64,000 bases of DNA from the human T2T-CHM13v2.0 reference genome, Homo sapiens, in the NCBI RefSeq assembly GCF_009914755.1, contig NC_060947.1; one strand, written 5' to 3'. The position numbers and the translations under genes are program-made. Under the pieces are notes generated by a model. That model was not told the origin of the DNA. It saw only the letters and a list, made by a program, of their open reading frames with translations, and did not search any database. Shown in pieces: positions 48,341-61,800 of this stretch (position 1 is the first letter of the stretch; each line of letters starts with the position of its first letter).

Positions 48341-51300
48341 GATATATCACATATAAAATATAGCTAAAGAGAGCTCAGGACAAAGGATGACGGACTGTGC
48401 CTTAACTATAAATTTGGTGAATCCAGGTAGGCATACTGAAGGCTTAGGGGGAAAATCATTCAGGGTAAGGGATCTAGGCAATAATTCAGAGGTCATCTAT
48501 CCTTGCATTTTAAGAACTCTCCAAGAAGAGAAACCATTATTGTCAAATCTCCAGGAAATGGAAAATAGTCATTGTTGAAAAATATATGGTTTTCTATCCT
48601 TCTGCAGGCTTTTTCTGTTGGAACTTTAATATAAATATAAGTTTTATCTGATTTGAATTACAGCTTATGGTTGTAATTTGAGAGAATTGTGGAAGTCTAG
48701 CTGGGACAATCCTTGAAAAAGCCATTATTGCCCATTTTATTCACAAAGGGTATAGTCACCTCTACTATAGATAATCTAATAAGAACATTATGACTGCAGA
48801 TATCATGTGTGAGACGTGTGTTAGTATAGATACAAACCAGACACACAAATATTACTTTTTCATTCTTTCTGTTCACATCTCTGCTACCTCCCTCATTTAT
48901 TTCCCACCTCCTCTTTCGTCCTCTTCTGTTTCTGAAAACCTCTTTTCATTATCATTCTCTTCCGTAATTTTTCTCTTTCTTCATCTCTCCTCTCCTGGTT
49001 TTGCCTTTCATTGTATTCTCTATCACACAATAGCATTGTCTGTTCTTTAGCACAAATGCAGTCACTTAATGTTTCTCACTTTATCTTCAAAGTGAAATAT
49101 AAACTAAGCCCACACTCACATCCCTCTCCCTTCTCTCACAAACCATTTCTCAGTATCTAGACAATAAGCCACAACTTAGATTTCAAGATTTCAATGTATT
49201 TTTATGTGGTGTGTTTTTAATGTGATAATAATGACAATTATTCTGAAAATTTTCTTTTTGAAGTTCTTAAATTTGTTTCTCATAAAATACGTTCCTAAGT
49301 TTGTGTACGTCCCATTTCCAAGTCACATTTTACATTGCGCATTCTAGTTTATTTTATAGTATAGGCTACTTTTGTTTTACAAAAATCATAAGTTGCTTCC
49401 TCCCAGCTATTCCTCAGTAAATAACTATTCTCCTCATGTGGGACTATCCAAACTCAGCCCAACAGAGGTCTTTCTGGACACCACTTAGAGGCACAGGCCA
49501 GCATCCTGCTGTGATGATTACAGATGTTCTCATTTTTGATGAAAGAAGAGAGAAGTAACAACCCACAGTTAGCAGTAAGTCCCAGTATACCTGCTTATCT
49601 AGCTGAGTGTTCTAGAAATCACAGGCCGAAAATCTGTATCTCCCTGGATATGCATTTGGCCAATTTAGCTAAAGAAAAGTTATAATTTAGAGTCATATTT
49701 TCATCTATGTAAGTATGAGATAAAAGCTGTATTTTTTTGTCCTAATTAACTTTAATGTGTTTCTTTCTTGGTTATTCCAGATGTACTTAAGCTGCTGCAT
49801 TGGTTTATATTCTTCTCTTATTTACAGATTTGTGGAATCTAGATAGAAATCTTTCTAAAGTACTTCAAAGCCCAAATTTATTCAAAATCCACTTTTCAGA
49901 ATATTCACAAAAACATTAAAAATATATTCAAAAAGAGAGAAGCAATTGAAGATTGCAATGAAACCTAGTTTATAATTATTTATTTAAAGGTCATTTTTAT
50001 CTCATTTCCCCAGTGGCTAACAGAAAAACAGAGCCCTTCAAATCCCAACGATAATTACAGAGAAGGACAAATGCAATAATGTTCTTGATATTGGGTACTG
50101 TAGGGAAAATGTTTGCCCTCGGAGACACATTTTCTTCCATATATAAATTCATAAACAAATGTTACATTTAATTTGAATTCATTTTAGTAGTAATTTTTAG
50201 TAGCCTCTCAGCTATATTTAACAGTTTAACAATCTATGTCCCCTGATTCAGTCCAATCATGACAATTATTAATCGTTTTTATTTAACAATCTTAAAACTC
50301 CTGAGATATTGAGTATATTATATCAGCTCATTTAATACATATTTGAGATTCATTAGACTTTTCATAACCTCAAAAATAGACAACCTGTATTCTTAAAGTA
50401 ATTGTAAGTAGAATCCCTATACTTTTCTATGGCAAGCAAACCAATTAACACCAAAATAAGTACTTGCTTGGCAGAGGCCAAAAAATACCTGAATAAATTG
50501 AAAACAATATGGGTTGAAAAAGCTAAAATTTTTCTAAACTCATAAAAGATCAAAGAAAAGTAATTACCATAAATCTGTATATCTAAAAGCACATCATTTA
50601 CTTTGAATAGAATCTTGGAAACCTGGAGTTCCAAGAAAACTTACAGAAAACATTTTTAACCTTTTGAAGAGTCAAGACTCTTTTGAGCATGTAATGAATG
50701 CTTATGAACCCTCTCTTTAGAAAAATCTATGCATGAAATACACAAAAAATTGCTTAACTCTAGGTAGTTTGTAGAAAACCTGAAGATCTCTTAGAGATTG
50801 TATATGCCAAGTTAAAAATCCCTATCTTAGATATAGCCAGATCTTATATTCTACAAAATCTATTTCTTGGCTTCATAACATATATAAATGATAATCTGTT
50901 CTTTATTAAATACCTCTGGTTCCAGAAAAATTACTAATTTTAAAAATATTCGATTTTTTGATACTTGTAATTTTTTTTTTAAGTTCTGCTTTTTATTTTA
51001 CTATTTAACTGAAATCAGAAGTTCTGAAGTCTCTAGCTACCCAGAGTAAATCCCTTTCACATGATAGCCTTAATACTCAAAGTATAGCTATAGTAGCCTT
51101 CTTTGGTTTCTTCTTCTTCAAGCCAAATGTCCCTAAAACCTTCAGTCAATCTTCATAAAGCCTGATGTTCAGATTCCTCAAAATTTTGAGCACTCTCCTA
51201 TGAATGTTCTCTAAAAGTGTCCTTAAAACGTGGCAACCAAAGTAAGTGCACATGCTATTTGATCAAATAAGAGTTTATTTTTTCTACTCTACAGAGTTAA

Positions 51301-52289
51301 AACACAGGAGTGGAAAATTGGGTACCTTATTATCTCAAACTTCACTTAATAAGGTTAAAATTAGGAATAACCAAATATAAGTAAGGTTAGAATCTCAACT
51401 ATGTGATTAACAGAACTTTGAGGCAGAATAAGATAATGGTGCTAACTTCCCACACACTCTTTTAATATTTTATCCATGAAATCTCAGGAAGGCATGACAC
51501 AACTATCACTGAAACTAATAAAAATGAAAAAAAAAAAATAAATACACGGTATTCCAAGTGAGCAAAACTTGTATTAACTGAAGGTAGTATTCAGGATGTC
51601 ATTTTAAAAAGAAAGTGAAGAATTTGCTAGTGTTCTGGACATTGAATCTGGGATGCAGAAATGGCCTGGATGAGATGTCTCTTGAGGCTACCCTTCTGCT
51701 TTTCTAATTGAGTGCTTACCAAGAGACTTGTGATTATTTATTTGATTTCTCAAATGCCCTATTAGTGGAAAGGAGATACTAAGGATAGAAAATATAAGCA
51801 TTCCGATCACTAAAACATAAACCTCATCTTCTTATCACCACCATTGTGATTTAATGCAGTCAAAATGATGATTCATACTTAGTTTGAGACCATATAAGTT
51901 GAATAACTTTACTGCTTTTATTAGGTCATATGTTTTTCATATTATACTTTCCATTTGAATCTTGGATGTAAGGACAGAAAAATACCATAAATTTCTGTCT
52001 GAAGTTCTTCTAAAACAGATAACACCAGTCAAGATAATTTGCTATAAGGTCAGTAGTACATCTGCTAATATTAGTAGTACGCACACAGAATTGATAGCGT
52101 AATGGATGAAATTGAGATCCCTTCTATTATCTAAAATTATTATGAACTCACTCAGCTTTCATTATTTAAAAAGTTAAATCTTATCCTCATTAACACCATT
52201 GAAAAGTATATTGAACAAGACAATACTGAACACCACTAATAGAGATAGTGATATAATCTGATAGGCTGCTTTTATGGACCACTGGCCTC

Positions 52290-52738
52290 TATATTTGTTT
52301 CCTGAGGCTACTATGACAAATTACCACATATTTGGTGGTGACTTAGAATAACACGAATTTATTCTATCACAGTTTTGGTAGCTGGAAGTCTGAAATATGG
52401 CAAGGTTGCATGCCTTCTGGGAGAATCCATTCCTTGCCTCCTCCAACTTCTGGTGGCTACCCCAGAATTCTTGAGTTTGTGGCTGTATAACTTTAATCTC
52501 TGCCTCCATCTTCATATCTTCTATTCCTTTGTGTGTCCAACTCCTCCTATCCTGTCTTATAAGCACACTTGTCACTGGATGTCTGTCCTATCCAGATAAT
52601 CCAGGATGATTTCTTCATCTTAAGATCCTTAACTTAATTACATTTGCAAAGACCCTTTCTCAAACAAGGTAATATTCACGGGTTCTAGAATTAGGAAATA
52701 GACATATCCCTTTGTGGGTCATCATTCAGACCATTATA
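52290..52738 (-). mobile_element. MLT1B/C-like MaLR LTR
   Basis: ggctactatgacaaattaccaca..atttattctatcacagttttgg..aagatccttaacttaattacatttgcaaagaccc. Confidence 0.8.
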
Positions 52739-53644
52739 GCCTCCTAGTCACGTTTTGCCTTATCACTTATTGTATTTTCATCATAGAACTTGGAACTGGA
52801 ACATTTTAGGATACAGTGACTCTATATTTTAGTAAAAAGTGTGTAATTAATGCCATAGAATGTAATCAACCTCATTAGTAATTCCTCCTCCCTGTTGAAC
52901 AACTTGAAGCGTTGCAGGACTGAAGACTTTCATTTCCTGTGTAATTATCCCACACCTTTGGTTATGACATCGTTCTGCTAGAAAATAATATGTTAGAGCT
53001 ATTATTCTAAGACTTCAATCCCTGAGTTGGATCAATATGTTCTGAGATCTGCTTTGAACGGTAGTAGGCTCAGAAGCTTGATTTAATGAATATATCCAGA
53101 GGTTATTTAATTTAGAGCAACTGATTCAGATCCAAAAAGACCAAATTCATAAGATACATTTATATAGAGGTTAATATAATACTCTTATCCAATTTTGTAA
53201 GAGGACATAATAATAATAAGAGATACCAAAATAGCTAGTTCACTTAGTTGGTACATGATATTCCTGTAGGAAATTTAGATAAAAACTCATATTAAGAACA
53301 TAATATAGCCTTAAATATGAAGTATCTGAGCAAGTATAGTGACTTTTTTAGTTTTAAATGGTAGATTTGAACATTTAAATCTGTGCCTGAGTTCTTGACT
53401 GAAGCTGTGTAAGTCTCAGGGTGACCTGAAATTGTAGTTTGTTATTCAGGATAGTCTTTCCATGTGGAAGTTTAGAAGACAAATTATTTTATCTTTGAGT
53501 GTTTTTATTCTGTATTCCATGAACAACAAACATTTCATAAGGAAATTTGGGGAAGACAATTGTCTAAGTGCCTATTATAGCTATACTAATCATATTAATT
53601 TCAGTTTTAATCAAATCATCTTGATTAAAATTTGGATGATCCTG

Positions 53645-54190
53645 ATTCTAGTGACTTTGTAATATGTCAACTTGGATAGGCTGAACTAAATTTCCAAGAA
53701 TTCCATTTTCTGTATGTTTATGGTAAGGATTAACCCCAAGACAGAGTCTTCTGAAAGATTTGAAGGGCAGAAGTTTATCAGCACCCATTTTGTAGCTCAC
53801 AATGTTTCCTTTGATTGACTGACTTATCTTGCTTGCGTGAAGCAGTAACTGAGCCTACACTGGCTCCACTTCCCCGTAGATCTTCCTTCAACTTCTCCAG
53901 CTCCCGGACCACGTGTGTATTTTTACCTCCATGACAAAGAATTGCAGCTTCAGCAGGACATTCACATCACAAAGTCAGAGGAAACAAGAACTAACATAGT
54001 TCTTGGTTTGTTTTCATCATCCCTACTTCATGCTTGTGGGCTACAATTTATTCTTGTTCTCTACACTTTGAACCCATATTCTTTCCATGATAGCCTTCCC
54101 TGTGCACTTCCAGGTCTACCAGCATCAGATGCAAAGTAAACAGCCTTTCAGATACTGCTTAACAAACTCCCACAATTGCATAAGTAGACC
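53645..54190 (+). mobile_element. Old ERVL-type LTR (subfamily uncertain)
   Basis: aatatgtcaacttggataggctgaacta is an ERVL-like LTR start. Confidence 0.45.
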
Positions 54191-54194
54191 TCAG

Positions 54195-55130
54195 AGGGCC
54201 GAGCTGAGAGCTATGGACAATTATTTCCAGAAATTTAGATCTAATCCAGAAACTTTGCCAGGTAGATTTCAGAATTGCTATGGAACAATGATTTTTTTTG
54301 TGGCTCCCATTTTCCTTTTCTTTAATCAAGAGTGCCTATAGCACTTATTGCATGCTTGTCTCACTGTTATATGTTGGGTGGGTAATGGATAGGTGGCTCA
54401 TCTCTTTAGTTTTACAGGTCTACAAATTGAGAGAAACTGTACAGTAATAACTATACTTATGGAACTACATGCAAAAAGGCTAATTCATTTCTGAACCTAA
54501 CATAGATGATATAATTTTGGACTTTGAGATGATGCTGCAATGGGATAAGACTTTCGTGAAACTTAGGAGGCAGTAAGTGTACTCTGCATGTGGGAGGGAT
54601 ATGAATAACTGGAAGCCAGTGAGCACCTCCAAGATGGCCTTCAGTGATTTCCTCCTTCTGATATTTTTGTCTTTGTGCCCTTGTACATCACCTCCCTCTT
54701 GAGAATGGGCTGTGTTGAGTGTCTTGCTACTAGCAAAAAGAATGTGATAGATAATGGTGGAGTATCACATCCATGATTAGGTTACAAAAAGACTATATGC
54801 TCTTCTCTCTCTCTCTCTGTTCTTATTTTATGAAGAAGCAAGCTGTCCTGTTGTTAGTAACCCCTCTGGTTAAACACCTGAGGCCTGCCAAAAGCTATTT
54901 GAGTGAGCTTAGAAGCAGTTACTTTCGTAGTCGTGTGTTCACATAAGACCACAGACCTGGTGAGCACCTTGACTACAGTCTTATGAGAGAACTTAAGGAT
55001 CATACATCCAGCCAAGCCATTCCCAGATTCCTAACACACAGGAATTATGACATAATTAATATCTGTTGTTTTAAGGCCATAGAATAACAAATTGGGGATA
55101 ATTTTTTATAAAAAATAGATCACTAATACA
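54195..55130 (+). mobile_element. MLT1 internal 3' end plus MLT1E/F-like LTR (~54625-55130)
   Basis: The internal motif ttttggactttgag..gcatgtgggagggatatgaat is followed by an LTR ending tgttgttttaag..atagatcactaataca. Confidence 0.65.
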
Positions 55131-55455
55131 TTGACACGGGCTTAATTGGTTAAATGATTATTTATTAAATTTTAACACTTTTACAAATGGAAAATATTAA
55201 TCATTACTTGTCACATTTATTAATTCCATACTTTTACGAAAAGTGAGAAATCCTATTCTCAGGTACTGAGGTATCATATTAGACTTATGTACCAACAACA
55301 TATTTCAATTGCTTATTAATGTATCTAGTTTTACTATCCTCTAACTAATAGACCTTCATTTTAAAATATTGTATTAAAACTAAATTTGGAACCCCAATTT
55401 TAAATATTCAGTCCATATCTCTTGTTATCAATGATATTTAAAAATAAACCATGTC

Positions 55456-55742
<287 letters not shown>

Positions 55743-55789
55743 TCACTCTGTTTGATTGGTTTTCCAAAAAAATTATTAATTTTATTTAC

Positions 55790-55873
55790 ATTTTTAAATT
55801 TAATTTTAAATTAAATTTTAAATTAAATTTTAAATTAAATTTTAAATTAAATTTTAATTTTAATTTTAATTTT
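55790..55873. repeat. (TTTTAAATTAAA)n 12-mer array in the tail of the L1MA
   Basis: Read directly from the sequence; about 5 copies, then (TTTTAA)n. Confidence 0.85.
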
Positions 55874-58800
55874 CTGGAAACATAGGTGTATGTTTATGGG
55901 GTATACAAGATCTTTTGATACACACATGCAGTGTGAAAGAATCACATCATGGAAAATGGATATCTGTCCCCTCAAGAATTTATCTTTCTGATACAAATAT
56001 TTCAATTACACTCTTTTAGTTATTTGTAAAAGTACAATCTATTATTGACTATAGGCACCTTGTTGTGGTATTATATAGTAGATTTTATTCATTTTTTCTA
56101 ACTATAATACCTTTTTGTACACATTAGACACCCCACATTCCCCCCAGGCCCCTACTACCCTTCCCACCCTGCGGTAACCATCCTTCTACTCTCTATGTCC
56201 ATGAGTTAAATTGTTTGGATTTTTAGATTCCAAATATAAGTGAGAACATGCAGTGTTAGTCTTTCTGTGCCTGGCTTATTTCACTTAATATGCTGAACTC
56301 CAGTTCCATCAACGTTGGTGCAAATAACAGGATCTCATTCATTTCTATGGCTGAATAGTACTCCATTGTGGAAATTTTACTACATTTTCTTTATCCAGTC
56401 ATCTATTGCGGGACACTGAAGTTTCTTCCAAATATTAGCTATTGCACGCAGTGCTGCAACAAACATAGCAGTGCAGATACCTCTTCAATATACTGATTTC
56501 CTTTCTTTGGGATATAACCCAGCAGTGGGATTTCTGGATTATATGGTAGCAATAGTTTTAGATTTTTGAGGAACCTCCACATTGTTCTCCATAGTGGGTG
56601 TTCTAATTTACACTCCCGCCAACAGTGTACACAGGTTCCCTTTTCTCCACATTTGTTACTAGCATTTGTTTTTGTGTGTCTTTCCGATATAAGCCATTTT
56701 TAACAGGGATGAGATGATATTTCATTATAGTTTTGATTTGCATTTCTATGATGATCAGTAATGTTGACTACCACTGCATATGCCTGTTTGCCACTTGAAT
56801 GTCTTCTTTTGAAAAATATCTACTCATATATTTTGCCCATTTTTTATTGGATTATTGGATTTTTTACCTATAGAGCTGTTTGGGCTCCTTGTATATTCTG
56901 GTTATTGATCCCTTGTATTATGGGTAGTTTGCAAATATTTTCTGCCATTCTGTGGGTTGTGTCTTCACTTTGTTGATTGTATCTTTTGCTGTGCAGAAGC
57001 TTTTTAACTTGATGTGATCCCATTTGTTCATGTTTTCTTTGGTTGCTGGCACTTGTGGGGTATAGTTCAAGACATTTTTGCCCAGACCAATGTCCTGGAG
57101 AATGTCCCCAATGTTTTCTTTTAGTAGTTTCATAGTTTGAGGTCTTAGATTTAATCCATTCTGATTTGATTTTTGTATATAGTGAGAGAAAGGGGTCCAA
57201 TTTCATTCCTGTGCATATAGATTTTCAGTTTCCTCAGCACCATTTATTGAAGGGACTGTCTTTTATCCAGAGTAGGTTCTTGGCAACTTTTTTGAAAATA
57301 AGTTCACTGTAGGTGTACGAATTTGTCTCTGGGTTCTCTATTCTGTTCCATTCATCTATGTGTCTGATTTTATGCCAGTACCATGCTGTTTTGATAACTA
57401 TAGATTTGCAGTATAATTTGAAGTCAGGTAATGTGATTCCTCCAGTTTTCTTCTTTCTGCTTAGAATGGCTTTGGCTATTCTGGGTCACTCGTTACTCCA
57501 TACAAATTTTAGGATTGATTTTTCTATTTCAGTGAAGAATGTCATTGGTATTTTGATAAGGATTGCATTGAATCTGTAAATTGCTCAGTGTAGTATGGAA
57601 CTTTTAACAATATTGATTCTTCTCACCCATGAACGTGGAATATTTATCCATTTTTTAGAGTCCTCTTCAATTTCCTTCATCAGTTTCTTACAGTTTTCAT
57701 TATGGAGAGCTTTCACTTTTTTGGTTAAGTTAAATCCTAGGTATTTAATTTTATGTGTGGCTATTGTAAATAGGAATACTTTTACATTTTATTTTTTTAC
57801 ATAGTTTACTGTTGGTATATAGAAATGCTACTGATTTTTGTATGTTGATTTTGTATTCTGCAACTTTACTGAATTTGTTTATTAGTTCTAATAGTTTGCC
57901 TGTGGAAACTTTAAAATATAAAATATAAAATCACATCATCAGCATACAAGGGTAATTTGACTTATTTCTTTCCAATTTAGATGCTCTTTATATCTTTCTC
58001 TTATCTGATTGCTCTAGTTAGGACTCCCAGTACTATGTTGAATAACAGTGGTGACAGTGGGTATCCTTGTCATGTTCCAGATCTTAGAGGAAGGACTAGG
58101 TTTTTCACCACTTAGTATGATACGAGTTGTGGGTCTGTTGCATATGGCTTTTATTATGTTGAGGTATGTTCCTTCTGTCCCCACAGCGTTGAGGGTTTTT
58201 ATCATGAAGCGATGTTAAATTTTATCAAATGCTTTTTCAGCATCAATTGAAACAACAATCATATGGTTTTTATCCTTCATTCTGTTGATATGATAGGTCA
58301 TGTTGATTGATTTGTATGTTTTGACCCGTGCTTGCATCCCAGGGATAAATACCACTTGGTAATGATAATGTACTGTTGAGTTCAGTTTGCTAGTATTTTC
58401 TTGAGGATTTTTATGTGAATATTCATGAAAGATATTGGCCTATAGTTTTCTTTTGTTGATGTGTCATTATCTGGCTTGGAATCAGGTTAATACCTCATAG
58501 AATGAGTCTGGAAGTATTTCTTCCTCCTTTATTTTTGGAATTGTTTGAGTAGCACTGGTATTAGTTGTCCTTTAAATGTTTAGTAAAATTCAACAGTAAA
58601 GCCACTAGGACCAGGGCTTTCCTTTACTAGGATTCTTTTTATTATGACTTTAAACTGATTACTTGTTTTTTTTTCTGTTCAGGTTTTGGATTTCTCCCTC
58701 ATTAAATATTGTAAGTTTGTATGTATATTAGATCCATCTCATGCTGCTACAAAGAACTGTCCAAGACTGGGTGATTTATAAAGAAAAGAGTATTAATTGA

Positions 58801-61800
58801 CTCACAGTTTCACATGGCTGGGGAGGCTTCAAGGAACTTACAATCATGGCAGAAAGGGAAGCAAATACCTCCTTCTAAACGTGGCGGCAGGACAGAGAAA
58901 TGCCAAGCAAAGGGGGAAAACCTCCTTATAAAACCATCAGATCTTGTAAGAACTCACTTGGTGTCATGAGAACAGCATAGGGGTAACTGCCCCTATGATG
59001 CAATTACCTCTCACTGAGTCCCTCCCATGACACATGGGGATTATGGGAGCTACAGTTCAAGATGAGATTTGGGTGGGGACACAGAGCCAAACCATATTAT
59101 CAAGCAGCTGGCCCCTCCAAGATTTCACCTTGTCAAATTTCAAAACACAATTATGCCTTCTGAACTGTTCCACAAAGTCTTAACTCTTCAGCATTAACCC
59201 AAAAGTTCATAGTCTCATCTGAGACAAGGCAAGTCCCTTCTGCCTATGAGCCTGTAAAATCAAAAGCAAATTAGTTACTTCCTAGATACAGTTAGGGTAC
59301 AGGCATTGGGTAAATGCTCCTGTTCCAAAAGGAAAAAATTGGCCAAAACAGAGGGGCTACAGATCCCATGCAAATTCAGAATCCAAAGAAGTAGTAATTA
59401 AATTTTAAAGCTCCCACATAATCTCCTTTAACTCCATGTCTCTTATCCAGGTCACGCTGATGCAAGAGATGAGCTTCCAGGGCCATGGGCAGCTCTGCCC
59501 CTGTGGCTTTGCAGGATACAATCCCCCTCCTGGCTGCTTTTACAGGCTGGCATTGAGTGTCTGTGGCTTTCCCTGGCATACAGTGTAAACTGTTGGAGGA
59601 TCTACCATTCTGGGGTCTGGTGGATGGTGGCCCTCTTCTCACAGCTCCACTAGGCAGTGCCCAAGTGGGGACTTTGTGTGGGGGCTCTGAACCCACATTT
59701 CCATTCCACACTGCCCTAGCAGAGATTCTCCATTAGGACTCCACCCCTGCAGCAAACTTTGGTCTGGACATCCAGGCATTTCCATACATCCTCTGAAATC
59801 TAGGCAGAGGTTTCCAAACCTCAATTATTGACTTCTGTGTACCCACAGGCTCAACACGATGTGAAAGCCACCAAGGCTTGAGGCTTACACCCTCTGAAGC
59901 CACGGCCCAAGTTGTAACTTGGCCTCTTTTAGCCACGGTTGGAGTGGCTAGTACACAGGGCACCAAGTCCCTGGGTTGAACACAGCAGGGGTCCCTGGGT
60001 GTGGCCCACAAAACCATTTTTTTCTGTTAGGCCTCGAGGCCTGTGATGAGAGGGGCTGCCGTGTAGGTCTTTGACATGCCCTGGAGACATTTCCCCATTG
60101 TCTTGGTGATTAACATTCGGCTCCTTGCTACTTATGCAAATTTCTGCAGCCAGCTTGAATTTCTCCCCAGAAAATGTTTTTCTTTTTTTTCTATTGCATA
60201 GTCAGGCTGAAATTTTTCCAAACTTTTATGCTCTGCTTCCTCTTGAACACTTTGCTGCTTAGAAATTTCTTCTGCCAGATATCCTAAATCATTTCTCTCA
60301 AGTTCAAAGTTCCATGGATCTCTAAGGCAGGGGCAAAATGCTGCCAGTCTCTTTGCACAGCAAGAGTGACCTTTACTCCAGTTCTGAACAAGTTTCTTAT
60401 CTCCATCTGAGACCACTTCAGCCTGGATTTAATTGTCCATATCATTATCAGCATTTTGGTGAAAGCTATTCAACAAGTCTATAGGAAGTCCCAAATTTTC
60501 CCACATCTTCCTTTCTTCTGAGCCCTCCAAGTCTCTAGGATGTTCGAAACTTTCCCACATTTTTCCTGTCTTCTTCTGAGCCCTATAAACTATACATACT
60601 TCTGCCTGTTATCCAGTTCTAAAGACACTTCCACGTTTTCAGGTATGTTTACAGCAGCACCCCACTCTCTGTGGTACCAATTTTCTGTATTAGTCCATTC
60701 TCATTCTGCTATAAAGAACTGTCCAATTTTTATAGGAAATTTTTAATTTTTAATTGATTTTTACAGGAAAGAGTTTTAATTGACTCACAGTTCCACATGG
60801 CTGGGGAGGCCTCAGGAAACTTACAGTCGTGGCAGAAGGGGAAGCAAATATGTGCTTCTAAACATGGCAGTAGAAAAGAGAATTGCCCAGAAAAAAGAGG
60901 AAAAGCTCCTTATAAAAGCATAAGATCTCATGAGAACTCACTTACTATCACGAGAACAGCATGGGAGTACCTGCCCCAATGATTCAGTTACCTCTCACCA
61001 GTTTCCTCCCATGACACATGGGGATTATGGGAACTACAATTCAAGATGAGATTTGGGTGGGGACACATAGCCAGACCATAGCAGTATCTGTTTAGGAATT
61101 TGTCCATTTTTTATCATTTTTTCTAATTTATTATCATACAGTTGCTGACAGTAGCTATTAATGATCCTTTGAATTTCTGCAATATCATTCTAATGTTTCT
61201 TTTTGCATTTCTGATTTTTTAAATTTTGATTTTCTCTGTTTTCTTAGTCTGGCTAAAGGTAACTTTAAAGAGAATTAACTTTGTGTTTCTTTTGTATTGT
61301 CTTTTTCATTTCAGCTTTATTTATTTCTGGTCTGATCTTTATCATTTATTTTATTCTACTAATTTTGGATTTGGTTTCCTCTTGCTTTCGTAGTTTGTTA
61401 AGATGCATTTTAGATTTTTTTTAAGTTTTTCCTCTTTTTTGATGCAGGCACTAATAGCTCTAAACTTCCCTCTTAGTACAGGTTTTGCTCTATGCCATAG
61501 GTTTTGTTATGTTGTGTTTCCATTATTTTTTTCAAAAAAAAAGTTTATATTTTCTTCTTGATTTCTTCGTTGATTCACTGGTCATTCAGGAACATATTGT
61601 TTAATTTTCATGTATTTGCAGAGTTTCCAAAATTCCTCTTGCTATTCACTTATTTTTGTTCTCTTGTGGTCAGGTAAGGTGCTTGATATCATTTCAATTT
61701 TTTGAATGTTTTTAGACTTGTTTTGTGACCTAATATATGATCTATCCTTGAGGATAATCCGTATGCTGAGATAAACAATGTGTATTCTGCAGCCATTGGA

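Noticed and set aside
60470-60590. Internal direct repeat in the THE1 internal region
   Set aside because: As I recall it is a feature of THE1 internal consensus sequences, not specific to this locus.
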